DNA of 64,000 nucleotides from a virus. Shown piece by piece: positions 26,769 to 35,216 of this stretch. Both the position numbers and the translations under genes were made by a program. How positions within the stretch are numbered: position 1 is the first letter of the stretch; each line of letters opens with the position of its first letter. The notes beneath the pieces are model-generated. The model saw only the letters and a program-made list of their open reading frames with translations, had not been told where the DNA came from and ran no database searches. The DNA lies in the IMG/VR virus record IMGVR_UViG_3300029210_000253; one strand, given 5' to 3'.

Positions 26769-27316
26769 ATAAACAGATCATGCGGTTTCAAGTGCCGTTT
26801 TATGGAGAAAATTTCGATAAAATTATTATTCATAAAGATGATAGTTGGGATAAATATCAGATGGATAGTATTAAAATGTTTTTAGCAATGTTTGGATTTG
26901 ATCAGAAAAATCCACATCATAACATGACATTAGATGATCATTGTTTGAATACATACAACTTGTTCTGTGATAAAATCCCACATAAAACATTATTAAATCT
27001 CGAATATGTTAATGGGTATGCAATGGGAGCAAAACTACACGATTTTGGCAAAATCATGGTTCAGACATTTGATGAAAACGGTATTGCCCACTACTACGGA
27101 CATTCTAGTACAGGATCGTATTTTATTCTTTCTCAAATGGTAAAACCTCTTGTATGGACAGACGATATGTTATTAGATTGTTGTTTTCTTATCAATTATC
27201 ATATGATGCCGTTTAATTGGACAAGTGATGAAGCAAATAAACGTTGGAAGAAAAGATTTGGAGAATATAAATATCAGATGCTATTAGATTTCAATGAATG
27301 TGATCGAGCGAGGTAA
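26762..27316 (+). CDS. HD-domain metal-dependent phosphohydrolase (candidate 2',3'-cyclic phosphodiesterase/phosphatase)
   Basis: H...HD signature in NPHHNMTLDDH and LHDFGK; GTG start overlaps the kinase stop. Confidence 0.7.
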   Translation: MLDKQIMRFQVPFYGENFDKIIIHKDDSWDKYQMDSIKMFLAMFGFDQKNPHHNMTLDDHCLNTYNLFCDKIPHKTLLNLEYVNGYAMGAKLHDFGKIMVQTFDENGIAHYYGHSSTGSYFILSQMVKPLVWTDDMLLDCCFLINYHMMPFNWTSDEANKRWKKRFGEYKYQMLLDFNECDRAR

Positions 27317-27320
27317 CTGT

Positions 27321-27506
27321 ATGAGTAGCATTTCAGTTGGAGAATTAAAGGCAATACTCGAAAATTATCCAGATGATTATGAAGTTGTTATGAACATTAA
27401 GCATAAATATCCAATCTCTAAGAAAGAAGGTCTTAGAGGCTGGTATGCTTATATCAATGGTGTAAAAGCTGATGACGATTTTCGAGAGATTAGGTTGATG
27501 AACTAG
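27321..27506 (+). CDS. hypothetical protein
   Basis: ATG 27321 behind GAGCGAGGTAA. Confidence 0.45.
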   Translation: MSSISVGELKAILENYPDDYEVVMNIKHKYPISKKEGLRGWYAYINGVKADDDFREIRLMN

Positions 27507-27515
27507 GAGAAATTT

Positions 27516-28163
27516 ATGAAACTATTAAAAAAATATAGTTGTATTTTTTGCAAATATAGAAAACTTAACAAAAATCATGATTATGCTTGTATGGACAGTT
27601 GGGAGAAAGATGAATCTGGTTATCCAATTGGCAAATGTAATTCATTATCAAATATATACTATGGTAAAATCGTTAAACTTTTTCCATTCAAGCAAATTGA
27701 TTATTGGCGCACTGAGAGAGCATATAAAAAAGAAGAAAAATATAATGAAGCAATGGATAAAAAATATGAAGATTGTTGTATAGAAACAGATGATTGGAAA
27801 TTCATTTGGGGAATAACAAGCTGGGATGATTTATCTGGTCACGAAGCCAATATGTATACCATGAATGATATAGATATTACATATGACAAGCAGAAAAAAG
27901 AATATATGCTTGGAGTAGAAACAGCATATATGTTTGAAACATATGCTTCAGCGTGTAATTATCTAAGAACATGTTTGGATGCATTTTCAAAATATATGGA
28001 CGCTAATGGATTAGATAAGAACAAGCAGTATAGTTTATTCATGAGCAATCCTTGTACAAGTATGGTAGCTGATTCGATTGAGGATTTATATACCAATTTT
28101 AAAATTTTTGTTGATGGATTTTGCAGTCAGAGTACCACAGAAAATAAAAAAGATGGAGAATAA
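27516..28163 (+). CDS. hypothetical protein (215 aa)
   Basis: CTAGGAGAAA RBS; ends GE*. Confidence 0.5.
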   Translation: MKLLKKYSCIFCKYRKLNKNHDYACMDSWEKDESGYPIGKCNSLSNIYYGKIVKLFPFKQIDYWRTERAYKKEEKYNEAMDKKYEDCCIETDDWKFIWGITSWDDLSGHEANMYTMNDIDITYDKQKKEYMLGVETAYMFETYASACNYLRTCLDAFSKYMDANGLDKNKQYSLFMSNPCTSMVADSIEDLYTNFKIFVDGFCSQSTTENKKDGE

Positions 28164-28165
28164 TT

Positions 28166-28345
28166 ATGTGTAACTGTTGTGATTATAACTCACCTGACAA
28201 TCAGATATATGTTGATCCATTAACGAATGAATATTATTTAGACATTGAAACATCTGAATGGGATGAGTACGATGATGGATTTGTTCATCAACGAGAGTAT
28301 ATTTTGTATTGTCCTTATTGCGGCAGGAAATTAAGAGGTAATTGA
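28166..28345 (+). CDS. small zinc-ribbon-like protein (59 aa; CNCC...CPYC)
   Basis: ATG 28166 directly after the upstream stop; terminal TGA overlaps the next start. Confidence 0.4.
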   Translation: MCNCCDYNSPDNQIYVDPLTNEYYLDIETSEWDEYDDGFVHQREYILYCPYCGRKLRGN

Positions 28346-28920
28346 TGAGATGCAGAGATTGGCCTTATGGAATTGAAGATTTTACATTAAGAATAGAAAT
28401 GTATAAAGAGGTATATGGGAAATATCCAGACGAAGATAGAGCCAATAAATCGGAAGAGTTTGTTTGGTGCGATAAAGTTGGTGGTAAAGTTAAATGGTTT
28501 GGAAGATGCTCTGAATATAGTCGTGAAAATCTATACGATGAAACCCATCTTTCATCCAGAAAAATTAGACTCACAGCCACCGATTATAAGAAGAAAAAGT
28601 CTCGTGATCGGAGAAATTCAGAGAATAAATATAAGACACATCTAAAATTTCTTGCTGATAATCTTAAGAGGTATCCTTCACCTGTATACCCAGTTAATCG
28701 AAATGGTAAACCTTCAGAAAAATGGAATTTCCAAAATGGCTCATATACGTTAGGCGAAATCGCACGATATAAGAGATGCTGGCTTTCTAAAAGTGGACAT
28801 GGAAATTTAGCTGGGTATTATAAAAAGATGGCAAATCGTGCTGTGAGAAAAGATAAAACCATAATACATAGAGGTTGTTTTTATAAAAAAGTTTATGACT
28901 ATTGGTGGAAAATAATTTAG
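28345..28920 (+). CDS. hypothetical basic protein
   Basis: ORF; K/R-rich. Confidence 0.5.
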   Translation: MRCRDWPYGIEDFTLRIEMYKEVYGKYPDEDRANKSEEFVWCDKVGGKVKWFGRCSEYSRENLYDETHLSSRKIRLTATDYKKKKSRDRRNSENKYKTHLKFLADNLKRYPSPVYPVNRNGKPSEKWNFQNGSYTLGEIARYKRCWLSKSGHGNLAGYYKKMANRAVRKDKTIIHRGCFYKKVYDYWWKII

Positions 28921-28961
28921 AGAATATAAATGTGGAGGTGACATAGACGGAGAATAAATAT

Positions 28962-29177
28962 ATGAAACAGACATTAAAACCGTGTCCATTTTGTGGTAGT
29001 GATAAGTTAAAGATAGATAATCGTAAAGGAACATATTCTATTAGATGTAATAGATGCCACGCAAGAGGTTGTACAAGTAGCACTTGGAATATCAATAATA
29101 TAATTAGTGAAGAGGATGCTATTAATAAAGCAATTGAGGCGTGGAACAGGAGAGTAAGTTTAGATGGAATTAAATAA
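28962..29177 (+). CDS. Lar-family restriction-alleviation-like protein
   Basis: CPFCG...C..C...AWNRR pattern; GGAGAATAAATAT RBS. Confidence 0.55.
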   Translation: MKQTLKPCPFCGSDKLKIDNRKGTYSIRCNRCHARGCTSSTWNINNIISEEDAINKAIEAWNRRVSLDGIK

Positions 29178-29394
29178 TAAAACTAAACAGCTATTGTATA
29201 TTATTGCTGCTGGTGTAGTACAGGCTACAATAATGATTATTATTTTCTTTGCAGAATATTATATGATTTGCATTGATGATAATATGACAGTGTTTCTGAC
29301 GTCTATTATTATAAGTGATGTACTATTATATACATGGCACTTTCTGTATAAGAAAGTAGAAAAATTAGGAGAAGATGATAAAGATGAGAAATAA
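29164..29394 (+). CDS. small membrane protein
   Basis: Two predicted TM helices. Confidence 0.45.
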   Translation: MELNNKTKQLLYIIAAGVVQATIMIIIFFAEYYMICIDDNMTVFLTSIIISDVLLYTWHFLYKKVEKLGEDDKDEK

Positions 29395-29635
29395 AATTGG
29401 AGATGTAATTTTAGTTTTAGGATTTCTTATTGGTTTGTATGTAGGTGGATGGCTGATGTTAATTAAACCAATTCTTGACTGCTATGCTGCATACGGATCA
29501 GGAGCATTAACATGGGGAATAATCGGATGGAATTTCTTGAAGTTCTGTTTTGCTGGTCCAGTGATTTGGTTTATTGCATGGGGTGGCGCAATTGTAAGAC
29601 TGGTTGTAGTTAAATGGAATAAAAATAAAGAATAA
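29375..29635 (+). CDS. small membrane protein
   Basis: Three predicted TM helices; W/G-rich. Confidence 0.45.
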   Translation: MIKMRNKIGDVILVLGFLIGLYVGGWLMLIKPILDCYAAYGSGALTWGIIGWNFLKFCFAGPVIWFIAWGGAIVRLVVVKWNKNKE

Positions 29636-29650
29636 GAGAGGAAAGACAAT

Positions 29651-29917
29651 ATGAGAAAGTTGACTGAAAATGAAGTAGAAATGTTAAAAGGATTAAGTGC
29701 AGATGAGATTATGAAAGAACTAGAGAATATCTATAAAGATGATAAAGATACGCTGTTAAAAATTCAGGAATGCGAAAGTATCAAAGAGTCTTTGCAGTGG
29801 ATCGAGACATATCCTGCTTATGCAAAGTCTTATGAAATGTTTATTGAACATTTACGTGAAATGATGGATCAGATTGGATATTATAATGAAGCATTAGTAA
29901 ATCTTCAGAAGGAATAA
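29651..29917 (+). CDS. hypothetical protein
   Basis: AGAGAGGAAAG RBS. Confidence 0.5.
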   Translation: MRKLTENEVEMLKGLSADEIMKELENIYKDDKDTLLKIQECESIKESLQWIETYPAYAKSYEMFIEHLREMMDQIGYYNEALVNLQKE

Positions 29918-29953
29918 AAGAATAAATAAGTGGCTGAGAAATCAGTCACATCT

Positions 29954-30026
29954 AGCGAATTAGTATAATCAGGTAGTACACTGAGGTTTGATCTCAGAAG
30001 TATCGGTTCAAATCCGGTATTCGCCG
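29954..30026 (+). tRNA. tRNA-Gln (anticodon UUG)
   Basis: Hand-folded cloverleaf: acceptor AGCGAAT/ATTCGCC, U8, D-stem GTAT/GTAC with GG in the loop, anticodon stem CTGAG/CTCAG with loop GTTTGAT (U33, UUG, A37), T-arm ATCGG-TTCAAAT-CCGGT. No encoded CCA. Confidence 0.75.
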
Positions 30027-30173
30027 TCGGCTCTGATTCATCTGTGATGTGGAAAGTCGCAGAACGGTGGCAAGAGGATGTAAAACTTTAAAAACAAATT
30101 TCCCATCGGATTGTTATTGCTTGGTTGATGCGCAGACTTAAGCAACAGAGCCACTTAATAAAACGTTTATGGT

Positions 30174-30242
30174 TTCTCATTGGTGTAATAGGAAGCACGG
30201 CAGCTCACTCTGTAAAACTTGGTTCGAGTCCAAGATGAGGAA
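30174..30242 (+). tRNA. tRNA-like element: canonical T-arm (CTTGG-TTCGAGT-CCAAG) plus a pairing acceptor stem, but no canonical anticodon arm; likely a degenerate tRNA or tRNA 3' fragment
   Basis: Perfect GGTTCGAGTCC T-arm and a 7-bp acceptor (one G-U); the internal 37 nt cannot be folded into standard D and anticodon arms. Confidence 0.3.
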
Positions 30243-30271
30243 GTAATAAAAATAAAAAGGAGTGATAAATA

Positions 30272-31042
30272 TTGAGTGTATTTGTAACAGGCGATTGCCA
30301 TGCGGATGTAAGCAGGTTCAGTAAAGATTGTTTCTATGAACAAAAAGATTTTAGCGGAAACAAGGATGAAAATTTTGTAATCATCTGTGGTGATTTTGGT
30401 CTTGTATGGCAGCGTGATTGTGAAAGAAAATCAGAGCATTATTGGTTAGACTGGTTAGAAGATAAACCATTTACAACCTTATTCGTAGATGGGAACCATG
30501 AGAATCATAAAAGAATGGCTACATATCCAGTAAAAGAATGGCATGGTGGTATGGTTCACGAAATTAGACCACATGTTCTACATATGATGCGTGGTGAGGT
30601 TTTCAATATTCAGGGTAAAAAATTCTTTACATTCGGTGGTGCAAGTTCGCACGATATTTCAGATGGTATTCTTAATTATAACGATGAGGATTGGCGAGAA
30701 CAAGCCAAGGAATTGGAAGCAAGTGGTAAATGGATGTACCGTGTAAAAGATCTGACTTGGTGGGAAGAAGAACTTCCAACTGGTCAGGAAATGCAATATG
30801 GATTGGACAAATTAAAAGAGAATAATAATGTAGTAGATTATATTATCACTCATAGTCCACCTGCGTCAGTTATCGCTTTATTAGGACAAGGCTTGTATGA
30901 ACAGGATATTCTTACGAAGTATCTGGAGAATATTAGAGCAGAAACCGAATATAAGTATTGGTTCATGGGACATATGCATGTTAATAGAGCAATCAATGAT
31001 AAAGATATGATTCTGTACGAGCAGATTGTACAGGTATTATAA
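30272..31042 (+). CDS. calcineurin-like metallophosphoesterase
   Basis: Motifs GDCHAD, CGDFG, GNHENH, GHMH; TTG start behind AAAGGAG. Confidence 0.7.
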   Translation: MSVFVTGDCHADVSRFSKDCFYEQKDFSGNKDENFVIICGDFGLVWQRDCERKSEHYWLDWLEDKPFTTLFVDGNHENHKRMATYPVKEWHGGMVHEIRPHVLHMMRGEVFNIQGKKFFTFGGASSHDISDGILNYNDEDWREQAKELEASGKWMYRVKDLTWWEEELPTGQEMQYGLDKLKENNNVVDYIITHSPPASVIALLGQGLYEQDILTKYLENIRAETEYKYWFMGHMHVNRAINDKDMILYEQIVQVL

Positions 31043-31069
31043 AAAATAAAAAGAAAAGAGGACAAAAGT

Positions 31070-31210
31070 ATGGGAATCACATGTAAGTCAATTGGTAAGA
31101 TGGGAAGCATTATGGCAAAGCTTAATAATGAACTTGCTAAGGAGAAAATGGCAGCCAAGAAAGATACAAAGAAGAACGAGAAGAATAAAGACAAGAAGGA
31201 GAATAAATAA
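31070..31210 (+). CDS. small basic protein (46 aa)
   Basis: ATG 31070 with AAGAGGA RBS; the overlapping track ORF 31092-31283 in another frame is judged spurious. Confidence 0.35.
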   Translation: MGITCKSIGKMGSIMAKLNNELAKEKMAAKKDTKKNEKNKDKKENK

Positions 31211-31212
31211 TT

Positions 31213-31530
31213 ATGGAAGAATTATTAGCAAAGTTACTAGAAAATCCAGAGGCATTATTAGAGATTGGAAAGACTTATGTTGAGAAGTATAAGCCAGTAG
31301 CTTATGGAGTGGCACAGGAATTTGCCAATGTATATAAGGATTATTCCGAAAATACTGAGTATCCTGCAATTGTAGCAAAGGTTAAGAAGAATATGTATGA
31401 TGCCTATCTGAATGTTGGATTTACTGAGGATCAGGCGCTGGCCCTTATGATTAATGACAATCTGAAACTAATGGACAATGTTAAGAGAATTGGTAATAAG
31501 AGTAGTTCTGTAAAAAAGGAGAAGAAATAA
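31213..31530 (+). CDS. hypothetical protein
   Basis: GGAGAATAAATAATT RBS. Confidence 0.5.
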   Translation: MEELLAKLLENPEALLEIGKTYVEKYKPVAYGVAQEFANVYKDYSENTEYPAIVAKVKKNMYDAYLNVGFTEDQALALMINDNLKLMDNVKRIGNKSSSVKKEKK

Positions 31531-31704
31531 ATGAATCCAATTATGTTTCCTTTAGTTATTGTGGCAGCAATCATATTATGGTTTCTGTTGGCAGCAATTT
31601 TTAAACCTGTAGGTGCAATTTTAGAACTTCTTTGGAATGATGTTAAAAAAGCACTTAAAGGTAACGAAAAAGAAAAGAAAGAGGAGAATAAAGAGAATGA
31701 GTAA
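31531..31704 (+). CDS. small membrane protein (57 aa) with a K/E-rich tail
   Basis: ATG directly after the upstream TAA; one TM helix. Confidence 0.4.
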   Translation: MNPIMFPLVIVAAIILWFLLAAIFKPVGAILELLWNDVKKALKGNEKEKKEENKENE

Positions 31705-32623
31705 AGGTTTAATTGGCGGAGTAGGTTTAGCGGTATTAATTGCTGGTGGTCTGTTTGTAGGAATTAAGTGTACAGAGAAAATTCCAGCTGGATATGTGGG
31801 AATCGTGTACAACAGCATGAACGGCGGGGTTGATGGAGAAGTTATCACACAGGGATGGCATTTTGTGGCTCCAACAAAAAAAGTAACTACATATTCTATT
31901 GGTATTGAACAGTCTTATCTTACATCAGAAGAAAAAGGGGATTCCCCAGCAGACGAAAGTTTTTCCACTCCAACATCTGATGGTAAGTCGTTAAAAGTTG
32001 ATCTTGAATTTTCATATAAGTTTGATCAGACAAAGATTGCAGATACATTTATTATGTTTAAAGGACAGCCTGGAAAGTCTATTAAAGATACATTTATTAA
32101 ACCAAAGATGAGAGCATGGACACAGGAAGTAACTGCTAAGTATCCTGTAACTGATGTATTCGGTGATAAGCGCCAGGAACTGAATGAAGCACTTGATGTA
32201 TATTTAAAACAGAAATTTGAACCTTATGGAATTATCATTGACACAGTAAACTTTACCAATATTTCCACAGACTCTGAAACATCTGCAGCAATCCAGAAGA
32301 AAGTAACCGCGCAGCAGGAGCTTGAGCTTGCGAACATCGAAGCAAAGACAGCGAAGGTACAGGCTGATAAGGATAAGTAAGTTGCTCTTATTGCAGCAGA
32401 ACAGGAAAAAGAAAAGGCTTCTATTGTTGCAGAACAGAAGAAGATTCAGGCAGAAGGTGAAGCTGAAGCTATGAGAATTAAATCTGAGGCAGAAGCAGCT
32501 GCTAATGCTAAGATTGCGGCATCTCTTACTCCTGAACTAATTGAAAAGCAGAAGATTGAGAAATGGAAAGGTGAAGTCCCACAGGTTCAGGGTAGTGCTA
32601 CTCCAATTGTAAATATGCAGTAA
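31697..32623 (+). CDS. SPFH/Band-7 (prohibitin/HflK-C-like) membrane protein, interrupted by an in-frame TAA at 32378-32380
   Basis: SPFH core (PAGYVGIVYN...VITQGWHFVAP...) from ATG 31697. After the TAA the same frame continues 80 codons (VALIAAEQEKEKASIVAEQKKIQAEGEAEAMRIK...) matching the prohibitin C-terminal coiled coil. Confidence 0.7.
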
Positions 32624-32630
32624 TCGCGAG

Positions 32631-32843
32631 GTGTTGACATTGTTATTTGGTTTAGTCGGTGCAGTTATTGTATTTTGTATTGGTGTCGCAATAGCTCTTA
32701 TAGTTTTATTTGGAGTTTTCTATTTGGCACTACGAATTTCTACATATATTGGAAAAGTTTATTATTTGTTTTCTCAAAAAGAGAATAAATTAAACGACCT
32801 TTATGATGAATTGTTTAATCCTTGGTATCCAAAAAGATACTAA
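32631..32843 (+). CDS. small membrane protein (two TM helices) downstream of the SPFH gene
   Basis: Hydrophobic ORF; TTG/GTG start. Confidence 0.45.
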   Translation: MLTLLFGLVGAVIVFCIGVAIALIVLFGVFYLALRISTYIGKVYYLFSQKENKLNDLYDELFNPWYPKRY

Positions 32844-32890
32844 ATTAAAGAAAGCAGCATTTCTTGGTGTAGATTGGAGAATATATAGTT

Positions 32891-33121
32891 ATGAATAATA
32901 TGTTTTTGGTGCAATATGAACCACTAACAACAATGGTAAGAAGAATTTTATCTTTAGGTTTTGAGCCAAAACCAACTCAAGAAATGATTGAAAAATTTTA
33001 CGATGAAGTAAATGCTTCTGATTTTTATCATAATTCAATTGTTCTTGTAGTTAAAGCAAAAAGTGTGCATGAAATTAGAAGACAGATTATTGAAACTTTT
33101 AATGTTTTATATAGGAAATAA
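32891..33121 (+). CDS. hypothetical protein
   Basis: GGAGAATATATAGTT RBS. Confidence 0.5.
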   Translation: MNNMFLVQYEPLTTMVRRILSLGFEPKPTQEMIEKFYDEVNASDFYHNSIVLVVKAKSVHEIRRQIIETFNVLYRK

Positions 33122-33135
33122 GAGAGAATATATAG

Positions 33136-33339
33136 TTGGAGGCTCTTATGAAAATGTATAGAGTTGTTAAAATAGTTGCTTATGGAGCATGGGGTGATGT
33201 TCAGTATGGAGATACCATTAAAATATTTTCAACCAGAGGAGAAGCAGAAAGATATTTAGATGACAATTATCAAGGTTGGAGAGAAGATTCGTGGCGGTCA
33301 GTTGCTATTAAAGAAGAAAACATCGAGGAGGAAGAATAA
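33136..33339 (+). CDS. hypothetical protein
   Basis: TTGGAGG RBS. Confidence 0.5.
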   Translation: MEALMKMYRVVKIVAYGAWGDVQYGDTIKIFSTRGEAERYLDDNYQGWREDSWRSVAIKEENIEEEE

Positions 33340-33687
33340 ATGGAATTATAAGAAGAGGTAAATAAGTCACTAACGTTATCAAAGGTAGAACAGATGCATG
33401 ATTTTAAAGGTTGGAGTCATAAACTTCCTGCTTTTTACTTTGATAGAGAATGAGATGTAAAAATTATTCCACCATTTGCAGGTGCGATTATCAGATTTGT
33501 AATTGATTATAATGGAAAACATGTGTCAGTATATTTTGATGCGTATTCAGAACTTGGATGGATGTGTGATGAAGATGAGCAGCCAATTCCGTATTTTGAA
33601 TATTATGATGGTGAAGATACTCACAGATATTATCTTGATGAGTCAGAACAGATGATGAATGACATTAGAAATTTCTTGAATAATTAG
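33340..33687 (+). pseudogene. protein-like 115-codon frame with a strong-RBS start but two in-frame stops (TAA 33349-33351, TGA 33451-33453)
   Basis: Single frame reads MEL*EEVNKSLTLSKVEQMHDFKGWSHKLPAFYFDRE*DVKIIPPFAGAIIRFVIDYNGKHVSVYFDAY...NN. No start codon after the TGA; composition matches neighbouring genes. Confidence 0.4.
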
Positions 33688-33941
33688 TCTTAGCGATTCA
33701 GCTAACAAATTCCAAAACAAGATATCTCGAAAATTATATAAAAATCGAGACAAAACAAGAGAATAAATGAGGAAAACATTTGTATGGGTGGAAGAACAGC
33801 ATACCCTTGGGTTCTTATACTCAAAAACCACTGTTTAACATAGACGTTTATCTTATAGATTTACTTTCTGTGTTCCGCCTGAGAAGGCGTTTAGATAAAT
33901 TGGTTATTAATAAAAATTATTATATTAGGAGGTCATTTTAA

Positions 33942-35135
33942 ATGGCAAAGAAAGAAAAAAAGGTATTAGAGAAAAAGAGCTGGTCTAATTCATTTGTACT
34001 CATTGGTGAAGCAAAAATCAATGACTATACATATAAGTTAGATGAAAAATCTGATAAATCAGATTGGATTTATAACAGTTTAAATCTCGGTGTGTACTGC
34101 GGTGAAACTTGTGGAACTGTATATGCAGAACTCATGGGTGGCTATGGCGCAGAAAGAGATAATGTTATTTATGTTCATGGAAAAGATGAAGACGGTAGAG
34201 ATGATTTTGATAATAGATTTACAATTGATTGGGATGATAGATTTGATGAAACAATTCTTGAATCAGTCGGAGATCTTTGTTTCTTAACAGTTGGCCTTGA
34301 AAGAGATAAGGGTGGTAAGGTTTATTATAAGAAATTCCTTACACCATATGACATGATTGCATATATTAATGCAAATCTGGAAGACGGAATGGTTGTAAAC
34401 GTAAAAGGTAGTTTAAAATACTCTACATATAACGACAATGTGCAGGTCAAGAAGGAAATTAATAGTATTGTACTTTCCAAGGTTGATGATTCTAGTAAAT
34501 ACAGTGCAAGATTTACACAGACAATGCTTTTAACAAAAGATAGTCTTGGAAAAGTTGATAAAACTACAGGCATTCTTCAGATTTATGCGAAGGTTCTTGA
34601 TTATGTTAAAGAATACAAAGGGAAAGAAGTTAGAACTAATATTCCTTATGATAAAACATTTGAGTTTGAATTAGATTTATCTAAGCCTGAAATTGCGCAG
34701 AAGGTAGTGGAAAAGGTATTTAAAGTGAAGAAAGGTGTTGCCGAAGTTACTTTTGAAGGAGACCTTATTGAAGGTGGCGCACTGGTTACTGCTACAGAAG
34801 ATGATATCCCAGATGATATTAAAGCACTTATTGCAATTAACGTATATACGCTTGAAGAAGCGCTTGCTAAGTGTACTGTAAGTTCTGGACGTGAAAAGAG
34901 AATGGTTATTAGAAAGCCTTCTATTAAAATGGTCGAAGATAAAGAAGGTAATAAGACGCCTGTTATTCAGAAATTTGAGCAGAAGTATGATGAAGATGAT
35001 TTGATTCTTGATTTTATGTATGAAACAGATAATAATGCAGACGATACAGAATCCGATACATTGCCATTTGCAGAATCTGAAGAAGAAGTAGCAGCTAAAG
35101 CAAATGATGATAATGATTGGTTAAACAATCTGTAA
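33942..35135 (+). CDS. putative ssDNA-binding / recombination-accessory protein with an acidic C-terminal tail (SSB-like; tentative)
   Basis: TTAGGAGG RBS. Acidic tail ...DDNDWLNNL. Sits just upstream of the Sak4-like ATPase, as phage SSBs usually do. Confidence 0.4.
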   Translation: MAKKEKKVLEKKSWSNSFVLIGEAKINDYTYKLDEKSDKSDWIYNSLNLGVYCGETCGTVYAELMGGYGAERDNVIYVHGKDEDGRDDFDNRFTIDWDDRFDETILESVGDLCFLTVGLERDKGGKVYYKKFLTPYDMIAYINANLEDGMVVNVKGSLKYSTYNDNVQVKKEINSIVLSKVDDSSKYSARFTQTMLLTKDSLGKVDKTTGILQIYAKVLDYVKEYKGKEVRTNIPYDKTFEFELDLSKPEIAQKVVEKVFKVKKGVAEVTFEGDLIEGGALVTATEDDIPDDIKALIAINVYTLEEALAKCTVSSGREKRMVIRKPSIKMVEDKEGNKTPVIQKFEQKYDEDDLILDFMYETDNNADDTESDTLPFAESEEEVAAKANDDNDWLNNL

Positions 35136-35216
35136 AAATTATAACAATAGAATAACATTAGGGGGTCGCATTTTGCGACCTCAAAATAATAAAGATAAAA
35201 TAAAGGAGTTTATAAA

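Noticed and set aside
26385-27316. A -1 programmed frameshift fusing the kinase and HD ORFs into one bifunctional Pnk
   Set aside because: No slippery heptamer exists in the 7-nt overlap. The HD frame has its own GTG/ATG start, so two separate polypeptides are more parsimonious.
26762-27316. HD protein as a DatZ-like dATP triphosphohydrolase supporting a Z-genome
   Set aside because: It is embedded between a polynucleotide kinase and an RNA ligase, which points to RNA end-healing. No MazG-like gene is detected in the window, so a Z-DNA pathway cannot be asserted from the PurA homolog alone.
30174-30242. Second element as a complete functional tRNA
   Set aside because: Only the T-arm and acceptor can be folded; the 37 internal nucleotides do not form D and anticodon arms.
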